46,462 bases of DNA from Octopus bimaculoides (lineage: Eukaryota): positions 26,554,557-26,601,018 of the forward strand of contig NC_068990.1 of assembly GCF_001194135.2 (NCBI RefSeq), in the 5' to 3' direction. The position numbers and the translations under genes are program-made. Within the stretch, counting starts at the first letter, position 1. Each line of letters opens with the position of its first letter. The notes under the pieces were generated by a model. It worked only from the letters and a program-made list of their open reading frames with translations, did no database searches and was not told where the DNA came from. Below, in pieces: positions 24,218-34,589 of the stretch.

Positions 24218-24392
24218 AATAATTGGAGAGGGGGGCCAGGGCCAGTCAAGTACACCAATCACTTGTACTCTACTGGTACTTACTTTATTGAAAGAATGAA
24301 AGGTAAAGTGAACATTGGCAGAATTTGAACTCACAATGTAAAGCAGAAAGAAGTGCTGCTAAGCATTTTGTCTGTTGCACTAATAATTCTAC
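24218..24392 (-). mobile_element. SINE family C
   Basis: gaaagaatgaaaggtaaagtgaacattggcagaatttgaactc...gctaagcatttt. Confidence 0.8.
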
Positions 24393-24747
24393 CATTAATA
24401 ACAATAACTTTTGGAATTTGTGGGTTAAAAGCATAATTACAGATCATGTAATTCTGTAATTATCAGTTTATTTAGCCTGAAAACTCTAAAAACAATCCCA
24501 CCATAGCAACATTATTGCAGCAAAGCTAAGAATTACAAACATTATTGGTTTCAGTTACTATTGTGTTGACAGAATTTATGTTTCTGGACATTTTTAACAG
24601 CAATTCCCCAAACTTCCATTTCGTTAAGGATGGTATTTTGAACATTAATGTAATCATTCATTAATTTCTGAGATATTAATGGGAGTTAGACGTCCCTGTG
24701 GTGAACAGATTGAGGATAATTTGGAAAAAGAAATGAAATAAAACAAA

Positions 24748-24797
24748 ATGTCATTTCGCTCCAGTTTATCGCGTGTGGCAACCTGTCTTCGTAAAAG
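24748..24797 (+). CDS. Candidate first coding exon MSFRSSLSRVATCLRK(R), gene unknown
   Basis: aaacaaaATG context, in-frame upstream TAA, strong AAG|GTGAGA donor, four CpGs in 50 nt, and a possible upstream acceptor ttttaacag at 24600. Confidence 0.4.
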
Positions 24798-25039
24798 GTG
24801 AGACAACCTGAGCAATTGGTAAATAATTTATAGAGGAATAATTTTTTTTTTTTTGTGGCCACCGATCACAGAGCTTTCCTGTGAATGTGTGCAGGAGCGT
24901 ATACGTGAGCATGTGTGTGTGGTGTACACGTCTATGTGTGCTTGCAACCTCTGTGTGTATGTGTGTATTTCTATCTGTGTCTGTTTATTCGACTGGCTGT
25001 TACATTTTAATCAATGCATATAGTTTTATGCTTGTGGTT

Positions 25040-25270
25040 ATTGACAAAGCAATCATCATCCGTTCGTATCACATGTCCACACCAACCTAACCATTTCACC
25101 AATATAGTCCAACTGAAGCCATTAATTTCCAGCCACACCCACAACTCACTCATTTTCCTCCCTTTGTGCACGTTAACAATACACAAAATAAATATTGAGT
25201 CCACCTCATTTGTTTCCAGTTTTTGTAGATAACTCATGGGCACCACACATGTCTGACTGTTATGCACCAA
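25040..25270 (-). pseudogene. RTE-clade LINE reverse transcriptase C-terminal fragment
   Basis: HNSQTCVV..YLQKLETNE...CIVNVH...SEL...LEI...LGWCGHVIRTDDD matches RTE motifs HGSETW...LERNE...LRWYGHVxRM. Confidence 0.8.
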
Positions 25271-25475
25271 TCATCACATTTCTTTTGATGCATGGACAGA
25301 GAAACAAGTCATTATTAAATGACTCTGGTTCATTTAATAAAGACAATGTTTAAAAACGGATCCCTTGAATATATTCACCATTTTTTTTTTATTCAAGAAA
25401 CTATGCTTTTTTTACAGCCAACCCATCATTTGAAACATATCACCTTGGTAACATAAACTATAGACCACATCTAGG

Positions 25476-25791
25476 CAGTGGCAGACTGGCCAGGTTGCCA
25501 GCTTGCCTGATGGCAAGTGGGCCCCTGCGCCATTAGAATCCATATATGGGGGCCCATGTTAGTATCTAAGGGGCCCATCCCCTCAAGTTTGAGAATTTTT
25601 TATTCACTCCTGGAAGAATGCATTAANNNNNNNNNNTTATTTCAGCCTGGATGTGTTTGTAGACAGCTGAAAAGAAAAAAAAAAAAAATGAAATTATTGC
25701 ATTGTAGTTACGGGTGGGCCTCCTTGTAGTTTGTGGATGGGGCCCCCTTAGTCTCCTGGCAACCAATATTTTTAAACCCAGTCTGCCACTG
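25476..25791. mobile_element. hAT-superfamily MITE
   Basis: Perfect 14-bp TIR cagtggcagactgg/ccagtctgccactg and perfect 8-bp TSD catctagg (25468-25475, 25792-25799). Confidence 0.95.
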
Positions 25792-26706
25792 CATCTAGGG
25801 ATCTATCTGGTAAAGCCTAATCTATTCCTGTTATTAAAAAATGGTTGTGCTCGCTGTCAGAACTTTTAGAGTGCATTTATAGAGTCTTAAGCTCTATTCT
25901 CTGTAAACACATCAGAGATCCTGTTACACCTGTAGTATTCTCATTATTTCCACTTAATACAAACTAACCAACACCTATTTATTTCCCCTCTTTTCGGTGA
26001 TCGTGCCCAGTCTTCAGACAGTACTGAAAATCTATATTCCTCCCTATTAATATGCAGTTTGGAATTTAACTTGTGGACAAACTCAACTTAAAACTTTCGA
26101 ACTATTGGTCATAATTCTTACAGAGAAAGCTTCAAGAAAATCAAGCTATTAGCATATAACAGTCTCAAAGATATTCGGTCTTATATCCTCAATAACTGGA
26201 TTAAGTAGAAGAGAGCTGGGGTGAGGATAAATCCATGGTGAACGGTAATCACAACACTAACCCCACCGATTTTGTATTCAATGTAAATTCTAATTTTGCA
26301 AATAGGAAATCTACACAAGTCTTGAATGACTCTGATAATCTATTTATCAATCTTCAGCTCATTAGTACCTTCCCAGACTATGGAATAAAGGAAATTAATA
26401 TTTTCACCAGATTGACAGAGATTTAGGTGATAATTTGACATTCATTATTAAGCAATTAGACTAATTAGATTGATTTGTTAGTTAAAGCAGACTTATTTTT
26501 ACAACAGCAGAACTGTTTTGATAACATTTGGATGACATCTTCAAAAGGCAACGAGGATAGTTGAGATACTGTTTAGAGCCCAGACTCTCATCCCTCATTT
26601 GTCCGAGTCCTCAAATGTATTGGGAAGTTGCTGTTGTGGCATGTTGCCCTCAAGTCTTTTTGCTTTATTGCAGCTGCATGTCAGGTGCCTGTGGTCTGAC
26701 ATGGAG

Positions 26707-27085
26707 ATCATCATCATCATCATCATCCTCATCCTCATCATCATCATCATCATCATCGTTTAACGTCCGCTTTCCATGCTAGCATGGGTTGGACGATTTG
26801 ACTGAGGACTGGCGAACTAGATGGCTGCACCAGGCTCCAATCTGATTTGGCAGAGTTTCTACAGCTGGATGCCCTTCCTAACGCCAACCACTCCGAGAGT
26901 GTAGTGGGTGCTTTTACGTGCCACCGGCACGAAGGCCAGTCAGGCGGTACTGGCAACGGCCATGCTCAAATGGTGTATTTATGTGTCATCTGCACAGGAG
27001 CTAGTCCAGTGGCACTGGCAACGCCCTCGCTGGAATGTTGTTTTCCGCGTACCACCGGCACAAGTGTCAGTAAGGTGACGCTGGT
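26707..27085 (-). mobile_element. SINE family B with (ATC)n tail, well-preserved
   Basis: cgtttaacgtccgctttccatgctagc...ggatgcccttcctaacgccaaccactccgagag. Confidence 0.95.
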
Positions 27086-27136
27086 AAGAGGTATAAAATA
27101 CCTTCATATTACACATTCATCTTTTCCTCTCTCCAC

Positions 27137-27233
27137 AGTTCGATATTTAAGAGATGAGGAATTATGTACATTATTTACATTATTTATGTTATTTACATTT
27201 GACGGATATTTGTCCTCATCTTGTTTGTTAACA
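27137..27233 (-). mobile_element. Family D tail in inverted orientation directly 5' of the forward D copy
   Basis: tttacatttgacggatatttgtcctcatcttgtttgtt is the reverse complement of the tail at about 27470-27510. Confidence 0.9.
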
Positions 27234-27238
27234 CTACA

Positions 27239-27339
27239 GGCATATGGCATAGTGGTTAAGAGCGCAGGCTACTAACCTCAAGATTCTAAGTTCGATTCCA
27301 GGCAGCAGCCTGAATAATAATAACAACAACAACAACAAC

Positions 27340-27376
<37 letters not shown>

Positions 27377-27526
27377 TCGAAAAATACCTTAGGAATGAGA
27401 ACTGAGGTTCGAAATTTCCCCAAGACACCTGTTTAAAGCTGGAGGTTATATCAGACAAAGCATTGTGTCAACAACAAACAAGATGAGGACAAATATCCGT
27501 CAAATGTAAATAATGTAAATAATGTA
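27239..27526 (+). mobile_element. SINE family D, second full copy with a degenerate hammerhead core at 27424-27469
   Basis: A box tggcatagtgg, B box agttcgattcc, (AAT/AAC)n, tail gacac-ctgttta...gtgtc. Confidence 0.9.
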
Positions 27527-27529
27527 TAT

Positions 27530-27897
27530 TTTTCCTTGTTTTGGTCATTAGACTATGGCCATGCTGGAGCTCCACCTTGAATGTTTGTTGAATGAATTAA
27601 TCCCATTACTTAGTATTTCTTTTAAGCCTTGTACTTATTCTTTTGATTTCTTTTGCAAAACTGCTAAGTCATGGGGATGTAAACACACCAACACTGGTGG
27701 AGAACAAACACAGACACAAAGACACAAAGATTTACATGAAGAGCTTCTTTCAGTTTCCATCCACCAAATTCACTCATATTGTTTTGGTTAGACTAAGGCT
27801 GTAATAGAAGACACTTGCTTTAGGTGCCATGCAGTGAAACTGAACCCAGAACCATGTGGTTGGAAAACAAACATCTTACCACACAGCCACACCTGAT
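27530..27897 (-). mobile_element. SINE family A
   Basis: ggtgccatgcagtgaaactgaacccagaaccatgtggttgg...acacagccacacctg. Confidence 0.85.
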
Positions 27898-28090
27898 ACA
27901 CATTCCCATTTTATTGCAACCACCAGAAAAACAAGGGACTTATGAAAGGAAAGATTTATTTAACTCAGAATTTATGAATCAAGGGTTAGTTAGAAGTCTG
28001 AAAACGAGGACGGACATTTTGGACAAACTTATGAAAATGATTTGGACAGGCCAAAGGTTAATCATCAAAAACTGATTAAAATTACATCAG

Positions 28091-28117
28091 AGACGATGGC
28101 TGTTGGAAACATAGGAG
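28091..28117 (+). CDS. Candidate 27-nt microexon; frame ambiguous (DDGCWKHR or TMAVGNIG)
   Basis: catcag| acceptor with a weak pyrimidine tract and a consensus GAG|GTGAGT donor. Confidence 0.3.
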
Positions 28118-28334
28118 GTGAGTGGTGGCGTTGGGTAATTACTAACGAGTGCAAGCAATCATAACATGACATCTCGTTAGAATGAAATTCCCTCTTTGGA
28201 TGTCCAAGAAAGGAATTTCGAAGAGAAAAATCATAAAATGGTAAACATGCACCAAGTTATAAGATGGAAATTTATGTTAGATAGCGTGACAAAAATATTT
28301 CCCTCTTTCCTCTTCACCTCTCTTTATTAATAAC

Positions 28335-28402
28335 TATCTACCTATCTACCTGTCTGTCTGTCTATCTATCTGTCTGTCTGTCTGTCTATCTATCTGTCTA
28401 TA

Positions 28403-28455
<53 letters not shown>

Positions 28456-28674
28456 ATATACATGCACACATGTATATTTACATACGCATATATACATATA
28501 ATATACATATCTACGTATTTATATATACACATACACACATACATATATGTATGCATATAAACATATATCTACACCTGTATCAATATCTATTGCCTATCTA
28601 CCTACCTTTCTATCTATCTATCTATCTGTCTGTCTGTCTGTGTGTGTGTCTGTCTGTCTGTGTGTCTGTCTGTG

Positions 28675-28708
<34 letters not shown>

Positions 28709-28870
28709 CCTACCTACCTGTCTGTCTATCTATCTATATAATATACGCACACACACACACATACACACACATACATACATGCACACACACACTGACATAT
28801 ATACTAGCATACATAAACACATACATACCCACATAGATACATCTACACACTCACAAATACATATGCTTGC
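28335..28870. repeat. (TATC)/(TGTC)/(TA)/(CA) compound microsatellite
   Basis: Direct reading. Confidence 0.9.
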
Positions 28871-29379
28871 ATGTACAAATATAACATTTCAAGCCATGAA
28901 ATTTATAACTTTCATGTTCGCAATCAAAGTCGTAAATTACATTAATCATTAGTCATTAGTCACTAGCTTTTAGGTTTACATATTTGTTGTTTATTGTTGA
29001 TTGGTACTTTTTTTGCTGTTTTCTTAAATTTTGGTGCTTGTTTATTAGTCTATTAAAGGTCTTACTTTATGGGTTGATACGATGTGCTTAAAACACTCTG
29101 TTTTATGATGTACTTCACAAATATTTACATGTGGATACATACATATATANNNNNNNNNNNNNNNNNNNNNNNNNNNNNNNNNNNNNNNNNNNNNNNNNNN
29201 NNNNNNNNNNNNNNNNNNNNNNNNNNNNNNNNNNNNNNNNNNNNNNNNNNNNNNNNNNNNNNNNNNNNNNNNNNNNNNNNNNNNNNNNNNNNNNNNNNNN
29301 NNNNNNNNNNNNNNNNNNNNNNNNNNNNNNNNNNNNNNNNNNNNNNNNNNNNNNNNNNNNNNNNNNNNNNNNNNNNNNN

Positions 29380-29420
<41 letters not shown>

Positions 29421-29499
29421 ATATGTATCGTGGCATCAGTGCCAGTAGTGATTAGGTATAAACAAACTTTAGGTTAATCAAAATATGTTTGTGACATAT

Positions 29500-29703
29500 T
29501 TAAACTTCTAAGGGCAAATTCACTGCAGTTACCATGGAGAAAAAATTCTCACCTGTGGTAAAGGTGTAGAAACATATCTGTACAGTGTAAAAACATCATA
29601 TCTGGCCAAGCAGATACCCAGATGCACATTTCTAGCCCTCGAGACTTCCTCAATGGGAAATATTGAAGGGAAGTAACCCTGGGCTGATTCTAAGCCGTAG
29701 CTT
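29500..29703 (-). mobile_element. Repeat family E copy 1 (hammerhead-bearing, Penelope pseudo-LTR-like)
   Basis: Reverse complement aligns to 30364-30520 upstream of, within and downstream of the motif (shared tail ttttctcc.tggtaact.c..tgaatttgcc.ttagaagttta). Confidence 0.8.
29617..29657 (-). ncRNA. Minimal type-I hammerhead ribozyme-like motif
   Basis: ccca-TTGAGGA-agtct[cga]gggct-a-GAAA-tgtgc-ATC-tggg: stem I ccca/tggg, stem II, near-palindromic stem III ATGTGCAT, AUC triplet. C3 is U. Confidence 0.6.
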
Positions 29704-30104
29704 TCTACACAAGCATATTTTAGCTAATTTGTAATTCATTTATTTCTAATCACTGTTTGGAGCTGATGTTGCTGTTTTTGTTCTGACCAGGTGGTCCGCT
29801 AAAGCCACTGATTCACTGATGTCGACTGGCATGCTGCTGGTTACAACAACAAGGGATCCAGTTGTAATAGCTCTGTGTTTGATACTGGCTTGCATGCAAA
29901 TATGCATTTCTACATTTCAAAGTCGACTCAGTTGACATTGTGTGGTTGCATCTTTTATGTCGTTCTCTGTGATTGGTTAGAATGGAACATTTCCTTCTGC
30001 TTCTGGTTTGGCGTTTGTATAAAGCATGACAGTCACCATTTCTCACTGGAAAGTTTTCTTTCTTTCGCTTTAGAACTCTTTCGGCACATAGTACTTTCTC
30101 TCAT

Positions 30105-30338
30105 GTCAATGCTGGCTGATCAATGGGAAGCCTGCTCATGAAATTAATGTGCAAGTGGCTGAGTACTCCACAGATATATGTACCCTTAATGTAGTTCTCG
30201 GGGAGATTCAACATGACACAGAATGTGACAAGGCTGGCATTTTGAAATACAAACACAACACATTTTTGCCAGGGAACTGAACTCGCCACCTTATGATCAT
30301 GAGCCGGATACACTAACCATTAAGCCACATGCCTTCAC
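30105..30338 (-). mobile_element. SINE family F (tRNA-derived, CAT anticodon-like loop), internally deleted
   Basis: Reverse strand reads gtgaaggcatgtggcttaatggttagtgtatccggctcatgatcataaggtggcgagttcagttccc (A and B boxes). Confidence 0.8.
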
Positions 30339-30363
30339 TGATGTCACCTGTTTTCTAGTTAAA

Positions 30364-30520
30364 GGTATGGCTTTGAATCTCCCTAGGATAATCTCTCTTC
30401 GGTATATCCCATTGAGAAAAGAACTAGAAACACATATCTGGGAACGCACTAGGGGAAAGCGCCAGGCAGATACGATGTTTTCTCCCTGGTAACTACGTTG
30501 AATTTGCCTTTAGAAGTTTA
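30364..30520 (+). mobile_element. Repeat family E copy 2 with a decayed hammerhead-like motif at 30407-30443
   Basis: tccca-TTGAGAA-aagaacta-GAAA-cacat-ATC-tggga. Confidence 0.75.
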
Positions 30521-30746
30521 ACTCTTTCGATATCAGCCTGGCTGAAATTATCTCTGGCTCTGTAGTACAAATGTCTTGTTTTCATAAGTTCTGAATTAAA
30601 ATATTCCACCAAACTTTAATCATAATTTATGTTCCTAACACTAGCTTAATGATAATTAAGGTATTTTACTAAATTCTTTGTTATATTTAAAGTAATTGAA
30701 AGAAACAGAGAGCACCTCAACAGAAATATGGTAACAAAAGGGTTAA
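30518..30746. mobile_element. piggyBac-like TTAA MITE, copy 1 of a tandem pair
   Basis: ttaactctttcgata ... taacaaaagggttaa. Confidence 0.75.
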
Positions 30747-30761
30747 AGTCATCATGATATC

Positions 30762-30991
30762 TTAAACTCTTTCGATATCAATCAAGCTGAAAGCATCTCT
30801 CGCTCTGAGTACAAATGTCTTGTTTTCATAAGTTCTGAATTAAAATATTCCACCAAACCTTAGTCATAATTTATGTTCCTAACACCAGATTAATGATAAC
30901 TAAGTTATTTTATTAAATTCTTTGTTATAATTAAAATTAATTGAAAGAAACACAGAGCATCTCAAGAGAAATATGGTAACAAAAGGGCTAA
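30762..30991. mobile_element. piggyBac-like TTAA MITE, copy 2 of a tandem pair
   Basis: Colinear direct repeat of 30518-30746, separated by 15 bp. Confidence 0.75.
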
Positions 30992-31164
30992 TGACGTCAC
31001 AAGCCTATTCTTACTACATAGCCATGCATATACCTATGTTTAGTTTGATGAAACAATTCAAAGTCTTAAGGGGGAATTCTTTGTTTTGCTTTGTTTTGGA
31101 ACAGTTTAGCTTTATTCAATGGAATTTGTTCTGGGACAATTCTATTTTTTATTTGTTGTTGTTG

Positions 31165-31204
<40 letters not shown>

Positions 31205-31270
31205 TATTTTAAGAAACGACCTTGTGGTCTTACCTATTTACTGGGTTCAGATCCAAATTGTTCAATAAAT

Positions 31271-31469
31271 AGGTGCAGATATGGCAAGAAGTTAGCTTCT
31301 CAGCCATATGGTTCTAGGTTCAGTCCCACTGTATAGCATCTTGAACAAGTGTCTTGTACTATAGACCCTGGCTGACCAAAGCCTTGAGAGTGGATTTGGC
31401 CAACAGAAGCTGAAACAAACCTGTCATATTTGTGTGTGTGTGTGTGTGTGTGCGTATATATATATATAT
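31271..31469 (+). mobile_element. SINE family A 5' half running into gap 31470-32224
   Basis: ggttctaggttcagtcccactg...aacaagtgtcttgtactatag. Confidence 0.85.
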
Positions 31470-32254
31470 NNNNNNNNNNNNNNNNNNNNNNNNNNNNNNN
31501 NNNNNNNNNNNNNNNNNNNNNNNNNNNNNNNNNNNNNNNNNNNNNNNNNNNNNNNNNNNNNNNNNNNNNNNNNNNNNNNNNNNNNNNNNNNNNNNNNNNN
31601 NNNNNNNNNNNNNNNNNNNNNNNNNNNNNNNNNNNNNNNNNNNNNNNNNNNNNNNNNNNNNNNNNNNNNNNNNNNNNNNNNNNNNNNNNNNNNNNNNNNN
31701 NNNNNNNNNNNNNNNNNNNNNNNNNNNNNNNNNNNNNNNNNNNNNNNNNNNNNNNNNNNNNNNNNNNNNNNNNNNNNNNNNNNNNNNNNNNNNNNNNNNN
31801 NNNNNNNNNNNNNNNNNNNNNNNNNNNNNNNNNNNNNNNNNNNNNNNNNNNNNNNNNNNNNNNNNNNNNNNNNNNNNNNNNNNNNNNNNNNNNNNNNNNN
31901 NNNNNNNNNNNNNNNNNNNNNNNNNNNNNNNNNNNNNNNNNNNNNNNNNNNNNNNNNNNNNNNNNNNNNNNNNNNNNNNNNNNNNNNNNNNNNNNNNNNN
32001 NNNNNNNNNNNNNNNNNNNNNNNNNNNNNNNNNNNNNNNNNNNNNNNNNNNNNNNNNNNNNNNNNNNNNNNNNNNNNNNNNNNNNNNNNNNNNNNNNNNN
32101 NNNNNNNNNNNNNNNNNNNNNNNNNNNNNNNNNNNNNNNNNNNNNNNNNNNNNNNNNNNNNNNNNNNNNNNNNNNNNNNNNNNNNNNNNNNNNNNNNNNN
32201 NNNNNNNNNNNNNNNNNNNNNNNNATATGATACAGAACATGTTAGACCCTTATA

Positions 32255-32380
32255 TTAATCCTGGCAGCTGACTGGTATTTTATTTTGCAACCCTCTCCAC
32301 TCCCCCTGAAAATAAAAGATACAAGTGACTCCGGTGAGATTTGAACTCAAAACATAAATGAACATAGTTAAATATCACAA
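32255..32380 (-). mobile_element. SINE family C fragment, diverged
   Basis: gactggtattttatttt...ccggtgagatttgaactcaaaacataaa. Confidence 0.6.
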
Positions 32381-32912
32381 GGGTTTTTTTTTTGTTGTTG
32401 TTTGATAACCTTTTTGAATCCTGGCGGTGATTTATTCAACAACTATAAGGTTGAAGAGGGTTGATTCTATTCAGATTTGTACATGTGAAAGAGGACCTCT
32501 GTAAAACAAATGAAAGGCAGCCAAGTGTATGAAAGCACTTAAATGGAGGAAGAGCCTGTACCATCTCTTCCTCTCTTCTATCTTATTCTTGCTCCATTAA
32601 ATTAAAAGCCTTTGCCAAAATAATAATGTATTTTTCATGTTTCATTGTTGCTCTATTGCTGCCAGGCACAGAGAACAAAGGAATATCAAGCCCTTTTTAA
32701 TACAAGACCTAAGATTGTTCTTGGTCTCATTCAACAAACATCCCCTCAACTCCATTTAAATCTAAATGTTCATATTTAAATGGCAACACAATAAAACTCT
32801 TATATTTCTTCCAGAAGAGATGTTGTTTTAGTTTAGTGCCAGTTTCATTCTGATGTTCAACAAACCAATGATCAAAACCATTCCAGTTCTAAACATTTTG
32901 TCTTCCTTTCAG

Positions 32913-33009
32913 GTGATGCATCAATGGTTTCATTATTCAAGCCATCCTTATTTTCTTACGACAGTAGGGGGCAATTTTTTTGGCAGAATTTGGCGGCTAA
33001 TTTTGCCAT
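32913..33009 (+). CDS. Candidate 97-nt internal exon; frame ambiguous (DASMVSLFKPSLFSYDSRGQFFWQNLAANFA or VMHQWFHYSSHPYFLTTVGGNFFGRIWRLILP)
   Basis: Strong acceptor ttttgtcttcctttcag|G and donor AT|GTGAGT; two of three frames open; unique sequence. Confidence 0.45.
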
Positions 33010-33319
33010 GTGAGTCACCCATCTTGGTTTCAAATTTTAGCAGAAGGCTAGCTATTTGAGGGGAGGGGTTCAGTCGATTACATTGACCTCAGTGATCAAC
33101 TGGTACCTATTTCATTGACACTGTATTGATATTAACCCATTAAGTCCCTCTGTCCTATAAATAGGACACTAAATGAGAACATTAAATAAGCTATATCACA
33201 TTGTCTCAGTGTCCTGTTTATAGGACACCGAGTATTTCCATTTCTACTTGAAGCAAAGGAGTTTTAATAATTATTTTTTTTTCCATTTTAACTTATTTTC
33301 AATCATCTGTAAAAATTTA

Positions 33320-34589
33320 TTAGGTTGTCAAGAAAGTTCTTAATTTTTCTTTTAAATGATGTATTTTCAAATTAATTTTCTTTAAATTACTTTGACTTTA
33401 TATATCATTTTAAAGCCCATTTTTTTGCTCTATCTAATCATGTTACTCTTTTTCTTTTTGAATAATTAGGCCATTTTTTCCGGAATGTTGAATACAACAC
33501 GGACAAAAAGCAAATTCGCACAATTTTCTTATTCCATTTCAAGCTCAGCCAAAAGCTGTTAAAACAGCTCGTAATATCAACGATGCATTTGGCCCAGGAA
33601 CCACTAATGAACGTACAGCACAATGGTGGTTCAAGAAATTTCATAGTGGTGACAAGAGTCTTGAAGATGGTAAGTATAGTGGTCAGTCATTGGATGTTGA
33701 CAACGATCAACTAAGAGCCTTAGTGGAAGCCAATCCATGCACAGCTGTTCGAGAACTTGCTTCTGAATTAGGCGTAATGTATACTACAATTTCCAGCTAC
33801 TTCAAAGAGATTGGAAAAACCAAAATACTTGAGAAATGGGTGCCGCACGAATTGAACAACCAAGAAAAAACGCCGTTTTGAAGTGTCATCTTCACTTCTT
33901 TTACATAACAAGAACGACCCGTTTCTTGACCGGGTTGTGACTTGTGATGAAAAGTGAATTCTTTACAACTGGCGATGCTCAGCTCAGTGGTTGGACGCCA
34001 ACGAAGCTCCACAGCACTTCCCGAAGCCAAAGCTGCACCAAAAGAAGGTCACGGCGACTGTTTGGTGGTCTGTGGTCTGTCTCATCCATCACAGCTTTTT
34101 GGATCCAGGCAAAACCATCACGGTAGAGAAGTACTGTCAGCAAATGGACAAAATGCATAAGAAACTCCGACAACAACAGCCAGCATTGGTCAATAGAAAA
34201 GGACCAATTCTGCTCCACAACAATGCTTGGCCGCATGTCACACAACTGACCCTGCAGAAGTTGAACAAATTGGGCTACAAAATTCTGCCTCATCCGTCAT
34301 ACTCACCAGACTTCTTGCCAACCGACTACCACTTTTTCAAGCATCTCGACAACTTCCTGCGTGAGAAATGCTTCAGAAACCAAGATGATGCCAAACACGC
34401 TTTCAACGACTTCATTGCCACCAGAACGCAGGACTTTTATGTTACTGGCAGAAATAAACTTGTTTCACGTTGGCAAAAGTGTGTTGATTCTGATGGTGTT
34501 TATTTCGATTAATAAAGTCTTGTTTGAGCCGAAATATGTACATCTGAATTTAAAGGTTAAAAACTGCAAGGACTTTCTTGACAACCTAA
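33320..34589 (+). mobile_element. Full-length 1270-bp mariner transposon, cecropia (Hsmar1-like) subfamily
   Basis: 22-bp TIR ttaggttgtcaagaaagt(t/c)ctt with one mismatch, TA on both sides, internal transposase. Confidence 0.95.
33499..34512 (+). pseudogene. Mariner DD34D transposase pseudogene
   Basis: DKKQIRTIFLF...QWWFKKF...WVPHEL...VTCDEK*...HNNAWPH...YSPDFLPTDY...RWQKCVDSDGVYFD. Frameshifts near 33552 and 33868, stop at 33955, second catalytic D changed to N at 34219. Confidence 0.95.

Noticed and set aside
29531-29558. Apparent 28-nt plus-strand exon
   Set aside because: It lies within repeat family E, so the splice-like sites are probably incidental.
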